A stretch of 64,000 nucleotides of DNA from Candidatus Caldarchaeales archaeon. Lineage in GTDB: Archaea; Thermoproteota; Nitrososphaeria_A; Caldarchaeales; Calditenuaceae. The notes below the pieces were generated by a model. It did no database searches. It was not told where the DNA came from and worked only from the letters and a program-made list of their open reading frames with translations. The stretch's first letter is position 1; each line of letters starts with the position of its first letter. The position numbers were made by a program, and so were the translations under genes. Positions 29,243 to 38,083 of the stretch are shown here, one piece after another. The DNA lies in NCBI GenBank assembly GCA_039630085.1, contig JBCNVM010000001.1:96001-160000 (forward strand), given 5' to 3'.

Positions 29243-30094
29243 TCACCGGTCGAAGGCGATCGAGGCGTACCCGACCACCGAGGACCTGTCGCCGCCCGTG
29301 TCACCGCTCGTGGCATATTTCAGAAGTCTGGCCCTGGTGAAGGACTTCAATTTGGCGTACTGTATGACCGCGGCTATCGGCCCATAGCCGCAGAGCGTCG
29401 CGTCGACCTCCCTCATGGTCCTGTAGAACCCGTCGACGTCGAGGTTCAGGATCCTCGAGATGACGGCGGAGTCCCTCCTGACCGCCTCCTCGTGGGGCTC
29501 GTAGTGGGTGAAGTCGCTGCTGGCTATCACCGCGACCTCCTCCGGGCGCTCTACCGCCGCCGCGAGGGCCCTTCCGACCTCGATCGCGGCCTCCTTCGTC
29601 TGGTCGAGCATGCAGACCGGGACGAACTTGATGCCCTCGCCGTAGACGAACTGGATGAAGGGGACCTGCACCTCTATCGAGTGCTCCCTCTCGTGGCTGA
29701 CCTCGTCGAGCGTGAAGACGTCCGATGCGGCCGCGAGCCTCGAGACTAGCTCCACGTCGACCTCGATGTCCCCGAGGGGCGTGGACCACTTCCCTCCCGG
29801 ATAGATCGAGACGTCGGAGCCTATGCCGTAGTGGTTCGGCCCTACCACCACGACCGTCCTCGGCCTCCTCCTCTTGGAGAGCTCGAGGTAGCCGTGCGCG
29901 GCGACGGGGCCCGAGTAGACGTAGCCCGCGTGGGGCGAGATCAGGACCGGCACCGGGTCGCCCGACGGCGGAGGCCTCTCCGCGAGCCTGCCGGGGCCGT
30001 GGGGCGAGAGGAAGCAGGACCTTATCTCCTCCGAGAGCGACTCTCTGGTGCCCGCGTAGAAGAACGAGGCGACGGCCGGCCTCCTCCTCATCAA
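29243..30094 (-). CDS. MEMO1 family protein (AmmeMemoRadiSam protein B)
   Basis: PHAGYVYSG, GPNH, EHSIEVQ.PF, ASSDFTHY, CGYGP, YATSGD. Confidence 0.92.
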   Translation of the reverse strand: MMRRRPAVASFFYAGTRESLSEEIRSCFLSPHGPGRLAERPPPSGDPVPVLISPHAGYVYSGPVAAHGYLELSKRRRPRTVVVVGPNHYGIGSDVSIYPGGKWSTPLGDIEVDVELVSRLAAASDVFTLDEVSHEREHSIEVQVPFIQFVYGEGIKFVPVCMLDQTKEAAIEVGRALAAAVERPEEVAVIASSDFTHYEPHEEAVRRDSAVISRILNLDVDGFYRTMREVDATLCGYGPIAAVIQYAKLKSFTRARLLKYATSGDTGGDRSSVVGYASIAFDR

Positions 30095-30123
30095 GGTCCT
30101 ACGGCCTCCTCAAGGGATAAGCC

Positions 30124-30366
30124 TTAGCCTCCGCTCCGCTCGTCTCCGGAGCGACCGCGCTTCGGAACGGGGGCGGTGAGGGCGACGTACCCGAGGAGCG
30201 CGACCAGAAGCATGAGGCCGACCGAGATGGCGTAGACGCTCCAGGTTATCAGGACCTCCTTCTCCACGAGCCTCACCAGCCCCGTCATCACGCCGGTGTA
30301 GACCGCGACCCCGAGGATCCCTCCGACCATCATCAGCGCCCCTACCATCCTGACGAAGAACGCCAA
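30124..30366 (-). CDS. Small two-TM membrane protein
   Basis: Two hydrophobic helices, host-like codons. Confidence 0.6.
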   Translation of the reverse strand: MAFFVRMVGALMMVGGILGVAVYTGVMTGLVRLVEKEVLITWSVYAISVGLMLLVALLGYVALTAPVPKRGRSGDERSGG

Positions 30367-30470
30367 GCCCCCTCGACCCGGACCGCTCCCTTGGAGAGAT
30401 AGAGGTTTCCCGAAGGGGGACCGCGGGGGAGCTGATCGGTTTTTATCCTGAGGGCCCGTGAGGCGGAGGG

Positions 30471-30986
30471 ATGAAGGCGAAGAACTTCAGGGCGATCGAG
30501 AGGCCGTACACGCGGGTCGACATGATAGCGGGCGCTCCGCAGCCGAGGATCGCGAAGTACGACTACGGCTCTTGGAGGGAGAACTACGAGTACAGGCTGG
30601 ACCTAGTGACGAACACCGACTGTCAGATTCGGGACGTGGCCCTCGAGTCGTCCAGGGTCGCGGCGGGGAAGTTCCTCAGCTCGAAGATCGGGAACGACTT
30701 CTACCTCGTGATCAAGGCCCACCCGCACCACGTCCTGAGGGAGAACAAGCTGATCTTCGGGGCCCACGCCGACAGGCTACAGGAGGGCATGAGCAGGGCC
30801 TTCGGGAGGCCGGTGGGAAGGGCCGCGCAGGTCTTCGCGGGGAAGGAGGTGATGAGCCTCTACGTCGACGGCAAGAACCTCGAGCTCGGGAAGGAGGCGC
30901 TGAGGATCGCCGCCAGCAAGCTCCCGAAGGACTACAGGATCGTCGTGACCAAGTTGGCGGAGGCCGAGGCCGGGCAGCCCCACTGA
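30471..30986 (+). CDS. rpl10e: 50S ribosomal protein L10e (uL16)
   Basis: QIRDVALES.R, PHHVLRENK..GAHADRLQEGM..AFGRP.G.AA. Confidence 0.95.
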   Translation: MKAKNFRAIERPYTRVDMIAGAPQPRIAKYDYGSWRENYEYRLDLVTNTDCQIRDVALESSRVAAGKFLSSKIGNDFYLVIKAHPHHVLRENKLIFGAHADRLQEGMSRAFGRPVGRAAQVFAGKEVMSLYVDGKNLELGKEALRIAASKLPKDYRIVVTKLAEAEAGQPH

Positions 30987-31034
30987 GCGCATCGCGTATG
31001 GGTTTATGAGAATCCGGCCGGACGGTCCAGCGGG

Positions 31035-31571
31035 TTGAAGCCGGACATCCTAGCAGACCCGGTGATAAAGCACGCCAGGACCGATTACGTCGTCCTCGAC
31101 GAGAACACGTCCGTCTCGGATGCGGTCAGGACGATGCGGGACAGGGGCGTGACCAGCGTCCTCGTCTCGAAGGGAGGGAAGGCGGTTGGTATCGTGACCG
31201 AGAGGGACGTGCTCTACAGGGTGGTGGCGGAGGGGAAGGACCCGAGGAAGGTGAAGCTCGGCGAGATCAAGTCCTCTCCGCTCGTCACCATCTCCCCCGA
31301 CAGGAGGGTCAGCGACGCGATAGCCGTCATGTCCCAGAAAGGGATAAGGAGGATAGTCGTCACGGAGGGCGACAGGGTCCTCGGGGTCCTGACGACCGTC
31401 GCGCTCGCCGGTGAGCTGGTCGAGAAGTCCCTGCTCCCGGAGCTGGAGGAGGAGAAGGGGATCACGTGCCCCTACTGCGGCTCGACGCTGAAGGACGCGA
31501 AGGAGCTCTCCAAGCACATCGACAGGGTCCACATCAGCGAGATGCTGCGCGGCGAGACCGGGAAGTGGTGA
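31035..31571 (+). CDS. CBS-pair protein with C-terminal C2H2 zinc finger
   Basis: GIVTERD CBS motif; CPYCGSTLKDAKELSKHIDRVH. Confidence 0.85.
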   Translation: MKPDILADPVIKHARTDYVVLDENTSVSDAVRTMRDRGVTSVLVSKGGKAVGIVTERDVLYRVVAEGKDPRKVKLGEIKSSPLVTISPDRRVSDAIAVMSQKGIRRIVVTEGDRVLGVLTTVALAGELVEKSLLPELEEEKGITCPYCGSTLKDAKELSKHIDRVHISEMLRGETGKW

Positions 31572-31633
31572 CCTCCTGAAGCTTCGGGCCCCGCGGGACA
31601 AGAATTATCACTCGGCTCGGGCCTCTCGGCTGC

Positions 31634-32050
31634 GTGGAGCTCAGGTGGTTCGTCGCGGCCCTCCTCGCCCTCCTCTTCTGGGGGACTTGGGGCCTCCTCG
31701 GGAGGGTGCTCTCCCAGCAGCTCGGATGGCGGGAGATGACGGCCCTCGCGGCCCTCGGACAGCTCCTCGCGAGCACGAGCTTCATCCTGATCGCGCGGCC
31801 CTCGATCTTCCAATCGCTGCCCCTCGCGGCGCTGGGACTGGTCACGGGGGCTCTCGGCTTCCTCGGCGCCGCCATGTTCTACGTCGCCCTCGAGGCGAAC
31901 CCCTCTTCGATCGTCGTAGTGGCCACCTCGCTCTACCCCATGGTCACGGTCGTGCTGGCCCTCGTCCTGCTGGGGGAGGTCCCCAATCCGCGCCAACTCC
32001 TGGCCCTCGCATTCGCGGTGACCGCGCTGGTCCTCTTCGCCACCTCCTGA
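31634..32050 (+). CDS. EamA/DMT single-domain membrane protein
   Basis: Five TM segments, FYVAL, SLYP.VTV.LA..LLGE. Confidence 0.8.
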   Translation: MELRWFVAALLALLFWGTWGLLGRVLSQQLGWREMTALAALGQLLASTSFILIARPSIFQSLPLAALGLVTGALGFLGAAMFYVALEANPSSIVVVATSLYPMVTVVLALVLLGEVPNPRQLLALAFAVTALVLFATS

Positions 32051-32116
32051 CCGGATTCTCCCCCGGAGGCTAACCCTTTATGACCGACCTGACTGGACGT
32101 GTGGGCTGACTCCCGC

Positions 32117-34000
32117 ATGTCGGAGGAACAGGGGACGTACAAGCGGGAAGTGGGGTGGTTCGGTTCCTTCTCGATGGGGTACGGCGACGTCGGGGCCGAC
32201 ATCTTCATCGCGCTCGGCGTCACGATGCTCTACGCCGGAGGGGCCGCTCCGCTGGCCTTCCTGATCGGGTCGCTGGCCTACGTCGCGATCGCCCTCTCCT
32301 ATGGAGAGCTCGCACCCGCGTACCCGTACGCCGGAGGAGTCCACGTCTACGCGCTGAGGGCCTGGAACACCCTGCTGAGCTTCGTCGCGGGCTGGGCCCT
32401 GATGCTGGACTACCTGCTCTGCATCTCCCTCTTCGCGACCGCCTCTGCAGGCTACCTCCACTTCATCTTCCCGGAGCTCGAGGCCCTCTCGCTCGACCTC
32501 GGGCCCGTGGAGTTCGGCTCCCTGGGCCTGACCTCGGCGCTGCTCGTCGCCTTCCTCTTGGGCCTCAACTACGTCGGGATCAAGTACTCCGCGGGCCTGA
32601 TCTCCTCCATAGTCGCCTTCAGCATAGCGGTCCAAGCCGTCATCTTCCTCGTGGGTTACCTCACCTCCTTCGATTCCGAGCGCTTCGCCGAGCAGGTCAC
32701 GAGACTCGGGAGCGGAGACTTCCTGCCCGAAGTCGAGTACGTGCCCTTCTTCGACGCCCACACCAACAACTTCCTCTACGGCGTGACGATCGCGATGGCC
32801 TCGTTCATCGGGGTCGAGTCGATCGCCCAGGCCGCGGAGGAGACGAGGGCCCCTCATAGGTGGATCCCGAGGGCCGCGAAGCTCGCGGCGCTCCTCGTGC
32901 CCCTCTCCGTTCTCCTGATGAGCGTCCTCGCGATAGGCGTCACGGACGTGCAGACCATCGTCGACTCGATCGAGAACCCGGTGGCCGCCCTCGTGAGCAG
33001 GTTCAGGGTCTTAGGTGAGGAGCTCGCACTGGTCGTCGCGGTCACCGCGATGATCATGTCGCTGGCCTCCTCCAACACGGGCGTGATAGGTGTCTCCAGG
33101 TTGACCGCCTCGATGGGGAAGCTCTCCCTCCTCCCGCACTGGCTCTACAGGCTCCACCCGAGGTTCGGGACGCCGACGAGGACCATCCTGCTCTTCGGAG
33201 GGATCGGGCTGGCCCTCACGCTCCCCGGCGACATACCGCTCCTCGCGAGCCTCTACAACTTCGGCGCCATGATCGGTTACATCATGCTGCTCCTCTCGGT
33301 GATAGCGCTCAGGTACAAGGAGCGGAGCGTCTTCAGGCCCTGGCAGCTGAGGCCCTCCGTCGTCATCAGGTGGAAGGGGAGGGAGCTCGAGGTCCCCGTG
33401 CTGGTTGCGCTCGGGCTGGCCGCGACCACCGCCATCTTCGCCCTCTACCTCCTCCTCCACCCGCTGGGGAGGTTGCTCGGGGCCGTCTGGATGGCGGTCG
33501 GGGTCCTGGGCTACGCCCTCTACCGCAGGAGGGTGCTGGGACTCGCGGTCGTCGACACCAGCGAGCGGGAGATGGTGATCCCTGCCGGATACAGGATGAG
33601 CCTCACGGTCTTCGTCAGGCCCTTCGAGAACCCGGAGACGGTCGTCAGGACGATAACCTCCTACACCGACACGAGGTTCGAGATCAAGCTCGTCAGCGTC
33701 ATCGAGAGGGAGATGGCGGGCGAGGCCGAGCCGGACACGGAGGCCGTGGAGCGCCAGCTCGAGCGGGTCGCCTCCAAGCTGAGGGCGAAGGGTTACTCGG
33801 CGACCTACGAGGTCCAGGTCGGGGACTTCGAGGAGGCGGCGGTCAGGGAGCTGACCTCGGGGACCGCGGACTTCGTCGTCTACTTGGTCAGGGGCTTCGA
33901 GAAGGCCTCGGTCCTGAAGGCCTCAGCCCACAGCGAGAGGATCCATTTGGTGCTCTCCAGATTCCCCGGGAGGGTCGTCCTCCTCAAGAAGACCGTCTGA
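32117..34000 (+). CDS. APC-family amino acid permease with C-terminal USP-like domain
   Basis: YGEL...P.AGG, FIGVESIAQAAEE, HPRFGTP; soluble C-terminal ~130 aa. Confidence 0.85.
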   Translation: MSEEQGTYKREVGWFGSFSMGYGDVGADIFIALGVTMLYAGGAAPLAFLIGSLAYVAIALSYGELAPAYPYAGGVHVYALRAWNTLLSFVAGWALMLDYLLCISLFATASAGYLHFIFPELEALSLDLGPVEFGSLGLTSALLVAFLLGLNYVGIKYSAGLISSIVAFSIAVQAVIFLVGYLTSFDSERFAEQVTRLGSGDFLPEVEYVPFFDAHTNNFLYGVTIAMASFIGVESIAQAAEETRAPHRWIPRAAKLAALLVPLSVLLMSVLAIGVTDVQTIVDSIENPVAALVSRFRVLGEELALVVAVTAMIMSLASSNTGVIGVSRLTASMGKLSLLPHWLYRLHPRFGTPTRTILLFGGIGLALTLPGDIPLLASLYNFGAMIGYIMLLLSVIALRYKERSVFRPWQLRPSVVIRWKGRELEVPVLVALGLAATTAIFALYLLLHPLGRLLGAVWMAVGVLGYALYRRRVLGLAVVDTSEREMVIPAGYRMSLTVFVRPFENPETVVRTITSYTDTRFEIKLVSVIEREMAGEAEPDTEAVERQLERVASKLRAKGYSATYEVQVGDFEEAAVRELTSGTADFVVYLVRGFEKASVLKASAHSERIHLVLSRFPGRVVLLKKTV

Positions 34001-34053
34001 GCCCGAGGGGTCATCCTTAAAGCCAGATCGCACATCCGAGGTGGGACTCGGAA

Positions 34054-34323
34054 TTGGCCGGTGTGAAGGCGCTGGTCCACCTCTTCGTCGAGCCCGGCCG
34101 CCTCGAGGCCGTCGGGGAGGCCCTCTCGAGGTTCGATGAGGTGACGGACGTCTACGAGGTGACCGGGGAGTACGACATCATCGCGATCGTGAACGCCACC
34201 GACGTGACTTCGTTCAGGAGGTTCATCTCGGAGAAATTGCTGACCATTCCCGGGATAAGGAGCGCGGTCTCCTCGATAGTGCTGCACGTCTACAAGAAGG
34301 GCGGGAAGGTCACCTACGAGTGA
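34054..34323 (+). CDS. Stand-alone Lrp/AsnC ligand-binding (RAM) domain
   Basis: VYEVTGEYDIIA, IPGIRS; no HTH. Confidence 0.85.
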   Translation: MAGVKALVHLFVEPGRLEAVGEALSRFDEVTDVYEVTGEYDIIAIVNATDVTSFRRFISEKLLTIPGIRSAVSSIVLHVYKKGGKVTYE

Positions 34324-34464
34324 GGTCTCCGCACTTTCAGCCACCTCCCCCTCTTGGCTGATAGCTCGGCGTTCCCTCCGGCGCGGGCGTGAACCCGGAG
34401 TCTACGCGCTCAGAGTCCTTTGGCCTGCGGACCGGGTTCGGTGGGCGTACGAGGTGCCTCTGCC

Positions 34465-36378
34465 ATGGACCTTGAGGTGCGTAGCGGCGTCGGGTGGTCC
34501 AAGGTCACCCCCAAGGTCGTCAGCCTCTCTCATGAAGTCCGGGGCAACCAGCTCGAGTCCCTCGAGTTCACGCTGCTCGACGAGGACGTCTCGGTGGGGC
34601 AACAGGTGCGGTGCCTGCAGGGCGGGGTTCCGAGGTTCGAGGGCGTCGTGGTCAACGTCCGCAAGTCGGTGAGCGGCGACGCTGGTCGGCGGTCGGTCTG
34701 TCAGGCCCTCTCCGAGCTCGTCCTTTGGGACCGACACGTCGTCTTCAGGGAATACGCCGCCGGGACTCGTGCGGGCGCGATCATCAAGGACTTGGCGAGG
34801 CTGGAGAGCGGCGTCGATATCACCAACGTCGACGAGTCAGACACACCGGCCCTTACGGCTCCTTGGGCTGTTCAGAACGAGTCCGCGCTCAAGGTCATGA
34901 CAGCCGTAGCCCGCGGCACCAACTACTATCTCAGGATGCTGCCCGGCCGGAGGTTGTACTTCAAACCAAAGGCTCCTAGCGCGCCCGTGGCCATCATCGA
35001 CAGAAGCATCGTGACCGCGGCCGAGTACAGCGAGGATCGGTGGCGCCTGAGGAACAGAGTGATCGTCGCGGGCGCCGGTGGGCAGGTCCTAGCGGACGTG
35101 AGCGAGGGTGCCGGCGATCTCCCGGTCGTCGTGCACGACCCGTTCCTCACCTCCACCAGTGAGGCTCAGCGCCGTGCCATTGTCAGGTTGGCTCTCAACA
35201 GGGAATACGGCCGGCAGCTCAGGGTCACCTTACGCCGCGATTTCGTCGAGCGGACCCAGATAGACCTCTTCAGCACGGTGAAAGTCGAACTGCCGGAGCT
35301 TGGGCTCTCGGGCGTCGACATGCACGTCGTGGGCATTAGCTACGCGCCTCCGGATCCGTACGTCGTGTTAGAGGTAGGTGGGAGACTCGAGCTTCTCGAG
35401 GACTACCTGAGCGAGGCCGTCGGCGGGGATTTAGCAGCGCGATTCGGTCAAACGGTTTCTGTCGCAGAAGAACTGGCGACAATGAGGTCCACTCTCTACC
35501 ACACCAAGAGGGTCGTCGCGGCCGTCGGCTATAGCTACGTGACCTACGTCAACAAGAGGCCGATCACCGTCCACAGGGGCGCGAACGTCAAGCTCAATGA
35601 GTCAACAGGTGAGGTTGAGCTCGCCTCGGGCAGGACCAACGGCTGGTTCGAGGTCGATTTCTTCCCGCCGTCGGAGCGCTTCGCCCGCTGGGGCGCCATC
35701 AGCTGGGTCTCCAGACCACGAGACGGTAGCATCACGGTCGAGGCGCGGGACGCGTCGGGCTCCGTGCTCCGGAGCATGAGCGACCCCAAGATCGCCGGCT
35801 GGTCACTCGCGAAGAGATTACCGCTCCGCAGGTGGCCCGGGCGAATTCACGGCATGACTAGGTATCCGGCCTACGCCAAGTGGGGCGCTGGCTTGGGCGC
35901 GCGGGCCATGGACGCGCGGATGGGCTACCTGATCGGCTCGTGCGTCCGGCTTGAGCCCACGAGTTACGGAACCACCGGCGAAATATTCTATCCGAGCGCG
36001 AAAAATCTCAACATCGACCTCGCATGGATCAGACGTGTCAATATCTATCTCCATTCCTTTGAAGATAACGTAACGTGTGCCATCCGCCTTCATGAAAGCG
36101 CGAACGCCTATCGAGAGGCTATACTGCCGATACCGCAGGGAGGCGTTTGGAATCTCTACACGATCAACGCCAGCACGCTCCGGACCGTGGGCAATCCGAC
36201 AAAAGTGAATTGGATCAGCATATCATGCGCTTATCCTCTATTGATTGACAGCGACTACGTTTTCCACGAGCTCTGGCATGAGAAGTTGACCGTTCGATTT
36301 AACCTCTCGAGACCGAGCGCGACCGCGGCGAGTCCACAAATATCGCACGTGCTCATTACATACGTTGATAGGTCGTGA
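34465..36378 (+). CDS. Putative viral tail hub/tail-tip protein with beta-rich C-terminal domains
   Basis: F.G.V..V, AG.IIKDL, L.V...VA..TNY......LYF.P, RNRVIV.G, A.RRA...L pattern typical of tail hub proteins; aromatic carbohydrate-binding-like C-terminus. Confidence 0.55.
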   Translation: MDLEVRSGVGWSKVTPKVVSLSHEVRGNQLESLEFTLLDEDVSVGQQVRCLQGGVPRFEGVVVNVRKSVSGDAGRRSVCQALSELVLWDRHVVFREYAAGTRAGAIIKDLARLESGVDITNVDESDTPALTAPWAVQNESALKVMTAVARGTNYYLRMLPGRRLYFKPKAPSAPVAIIDRSIVTAAEYSEDRWRLRNRVIVAGAGGQVLADVSEGAGDLPVVVHDPFLTSTSEAQRRAIVRLALNREYGRQLRVTLRRDFVERTQIDLFSTVKVELPELGLSGVDMHVVGISYAPPDPYVVLEVGGRLELLEDYLSEAVGGDLAARFGQTVSVAEELATMRSTLYHTKRVVAAVGYSYVTYVNKRPITVHRGANVKLNESTGEVELASGRTNGWFEVDFFPPSERFARWGAISWVSRPRDGSITVEARDASGSVLRSMSDPKIAGWSLAKRLPLRRWPGRIHGMTRYPAYAKWGAGLGARAMDARMGYLIGSCVRLEPTSYGTTGEIFYPSAKNLNIDLAWIRRVNIYLHSFEDNVTCAIRLHESANAYREAILPIPQGGVWNLYTINASTLRTVGNPTKVNWISISCAYPLLIDSDYVFHELWHEKLTVRFNLSRPSATAASPQISHVLITYVDRS

Positions 36379-36381
36379 GGC

Positions 36382-37449
36382 ATGACAGAGTATCTGATAC
36401 TGAGCAAGGATAGGGCTTTACCGCTGATGTGGGAATTCCAGAGAGTAGTCACGGCGCCCCCACAACAGAGCACATTATCCTTCAATCTGCCACAGAGCGT
36501 TCAAACCCGTTCACCTTCCTCTACTCCCAATTACTTCGAGATAATGGGACTAGGCCAGCATGCATTCGTGTCGTTTACCACACCACAACAACCCACTCCG
36601 CAAAACGTCAAAAGTATAACTCAACCTCGGTTAACAAACGCTAATTTCACCATCCCAGGCGTAGCGGGGTCGGTGCAAGTCGTCCTGGAGCTTTGGACCG
36701 TCGGCAGTAACGGTCTTCCTGCCACGAAGCTACGTGACCTCGCGAGCGGCCCCCCTAATGTAACGTTCTCGGCCGATTTTTCATCGGCGCCCGTGTTGGA
36801 TTGGAACACCACGTATGCCGTCGTGATGCGCCCCACCTCGTTTTCGGCCGGTGCGTGGTTCAGAGTCACCTATGGAGACGCCGGTTCAGCGCCTCTATCC
36901 CCGGGTAACTTCGGCAGGTCGCTGAACGCCGGTTCGTCGTGGACGATTTTCTCCAATCAAGCCAGCGGAAGCGTGGCGATTCAATTCCGTTACGAATTAG
37001 GACCGTGGCGTTTCTTCCTGAACCGTCCAAACGAGGCGGCGAACTATTACATCAGCTTCACGCAAAGCGGACCATCAGGCATCACTTACCTCGGCGACCT
37101 AGTGAACGGTTCTCCCTATACAAACCCGACGTCCATCAGCGGAGAGTTCGAATACACGGTGCTCGCCTCTACCACCTCTGCGATCAGCAATAGTTCAATT
37201 ACGGCTACGCTCCAGTGCGAGCTGAGATATGAGAAGAACCCGATGACGATCGACATGTTCAACGTCGCAGAGGCGTATCTTTCGCGCATCGACTTCCTAG
37301 ACGGCGGGTCAATCCAATTGAACGACAGCCCCGATCAGGTCTTCTCGGGTAACGCGGGCACGTCGCTGACCTTCAACCCGATGGTCCTCGTCTGGGAGGC
37401 GAGGGTCCTCAGCGGAAGGGTGAGGCTCACGATGATGGTGTTCGAGTGA
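36382..37449 (+). CDS. Putative viral receptor-binding/fibre protein
   Basis: S/T/N/P-rich and beta-rich, low GC; ELWTV.SNGLP..L and L.WNTTYAVV motifs. Confidence 0.5.
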   Translation: MTEYLILSKDRALPLMWEFQRVVTAPPQQSTLSFNLPQSVQTRSPSSTPNYFEIMGLGQHAFVSFTTPQQPTPQNVKSITQPRLTNANFTIPGVAGSVQVVLELWTVGSNGLPATKLRDLASGPPNVTFSADFSSAPVLDWNTTYAVVMRPTSFSAGAWFRVTYGDAGSAPLSPGNFGRSLNAGSSWTIFSNQASGSVAIQFRYELGPWRFFLNRPNEAANYYISFTQSGPSGITYLGDLVNGSPYTNPTSISGEFEYTVLASTTSAISNSSITATLQCELRYEKNPMTIDMFNVAEAYLSRIDFLDGGSIQLNDSPDQVFSGNAGTSLTFNPMVLVWEARVLSGRVRLTMMVFE

Positions 37450-37868
37450 TGCCGGAGATGCGCGAGATCGACACAGAGTCCGGCCTCCCCGTCGACGTCG
37501 CGAGGAAGCTGAAGGAGCTCGAGGCGAGGGCTCGGGTTGTCAAGCTCGACGCAGAAGGGCGGGTCGTGATCGGCGACGCCCATGACTTCCCGATCGAGGT
37601 GGTCACGGCCGAGCTCACGGTAGTCTCCAAGCGGGAGGTGAAGGAGAACGTGAGGCCCGTGGATGAGAAGGCCCTCGAGGTCCAGCTGCCGGAGCCGAAG
37701 CGGTATGAGATCGGCGGGAAGACCGTGATCGGGTTCCTTGAAGACGAGCTCCCCGAGGTCGTGAGGACCGGAGGGGGCTACAGTCTGACCGCGCTGATGG
37801 CGATCCTAATCCACAAGGTGAACAGGCTCGAAAGGATCGTGCGTCAAATGGAACGCGGGTCTAAGTAA
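37446..37868 (+). CDS. Short protein with peptidase S74-like tail-fibre intramolecular chaperone domain
   Basis: SKREVKENVRPV...P.RY....IGFL.DELPEVV...L.AIL...V..L, then coiled coil. Confidence 0.68.
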   Translation: MMPEMREIDTESGLPVDVARKLKELEARARVVKLDAEGRVVIGDAHDFPIEVVTAELTVVSKREVKENVRPVDEKALEVQLPEPKRYEIGGKTVIGFLEDELPEVVRTGGGYSLTALMAILIHKVNRLERIVRQMERGSK

Positions 37869-37946
37869 TTCGCTGCCCATGTCTCACCGTTCATATAGTG
37901 GAACTGCGAACGGAGTTTCGAGACCGACCGAGGTTAGGGGGACGCC

Positions 37947-37980
37947 GCCGGGGTGCCCTAGCCCGGTAGGGGGGTGGCCT
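37947..37980 (+). pseudogene. tRNA-Ser 5' fragment (positions 1-33), ending at U33
   Basis: GCCGGGG TG CCCT AGCCCGGTA GGGG G GTGGC CT, canonical U8/A14/A21, then AT-rich sequence. Confidence 0.85.
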
Positions 37981-38051
37981 CTTTAGAACTAAAGATACTA
38001 AAATCATCAAATATCCCTAATTGAGCAATTTAAATAGTGGGAATGTGAATG

Positions 38052-38058
38052 ATAATAA
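38052..38058 (+). promoter_or_regulatory. TATA-like box of the complete tRNA-Ser gene
   Basis: ATAATAA ending about 26 nt before the tRNA 5' end. Confidence 0.5.
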
Positions 38059-38083
38059 GCGAGGCTACATGGGTTCGAGTGAT

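Larger units (their letters stand above)
34465..37868 (+). mobile_element. Provirus remnant: tail/receptor-binding gene module
   Basis: Three coupled non-housekeeping ORFs with atypical codon use, an S74-like domain, next to a tRNA-Ser locus; no integrase or capsid gene seen. Confidence 0.65.

Noticed and set aside
34325-34464. Left att site of the viral module
   Set aside because: No tRNA-Ser-like direct repeat visible on either strand, so the left boundary is undefined.
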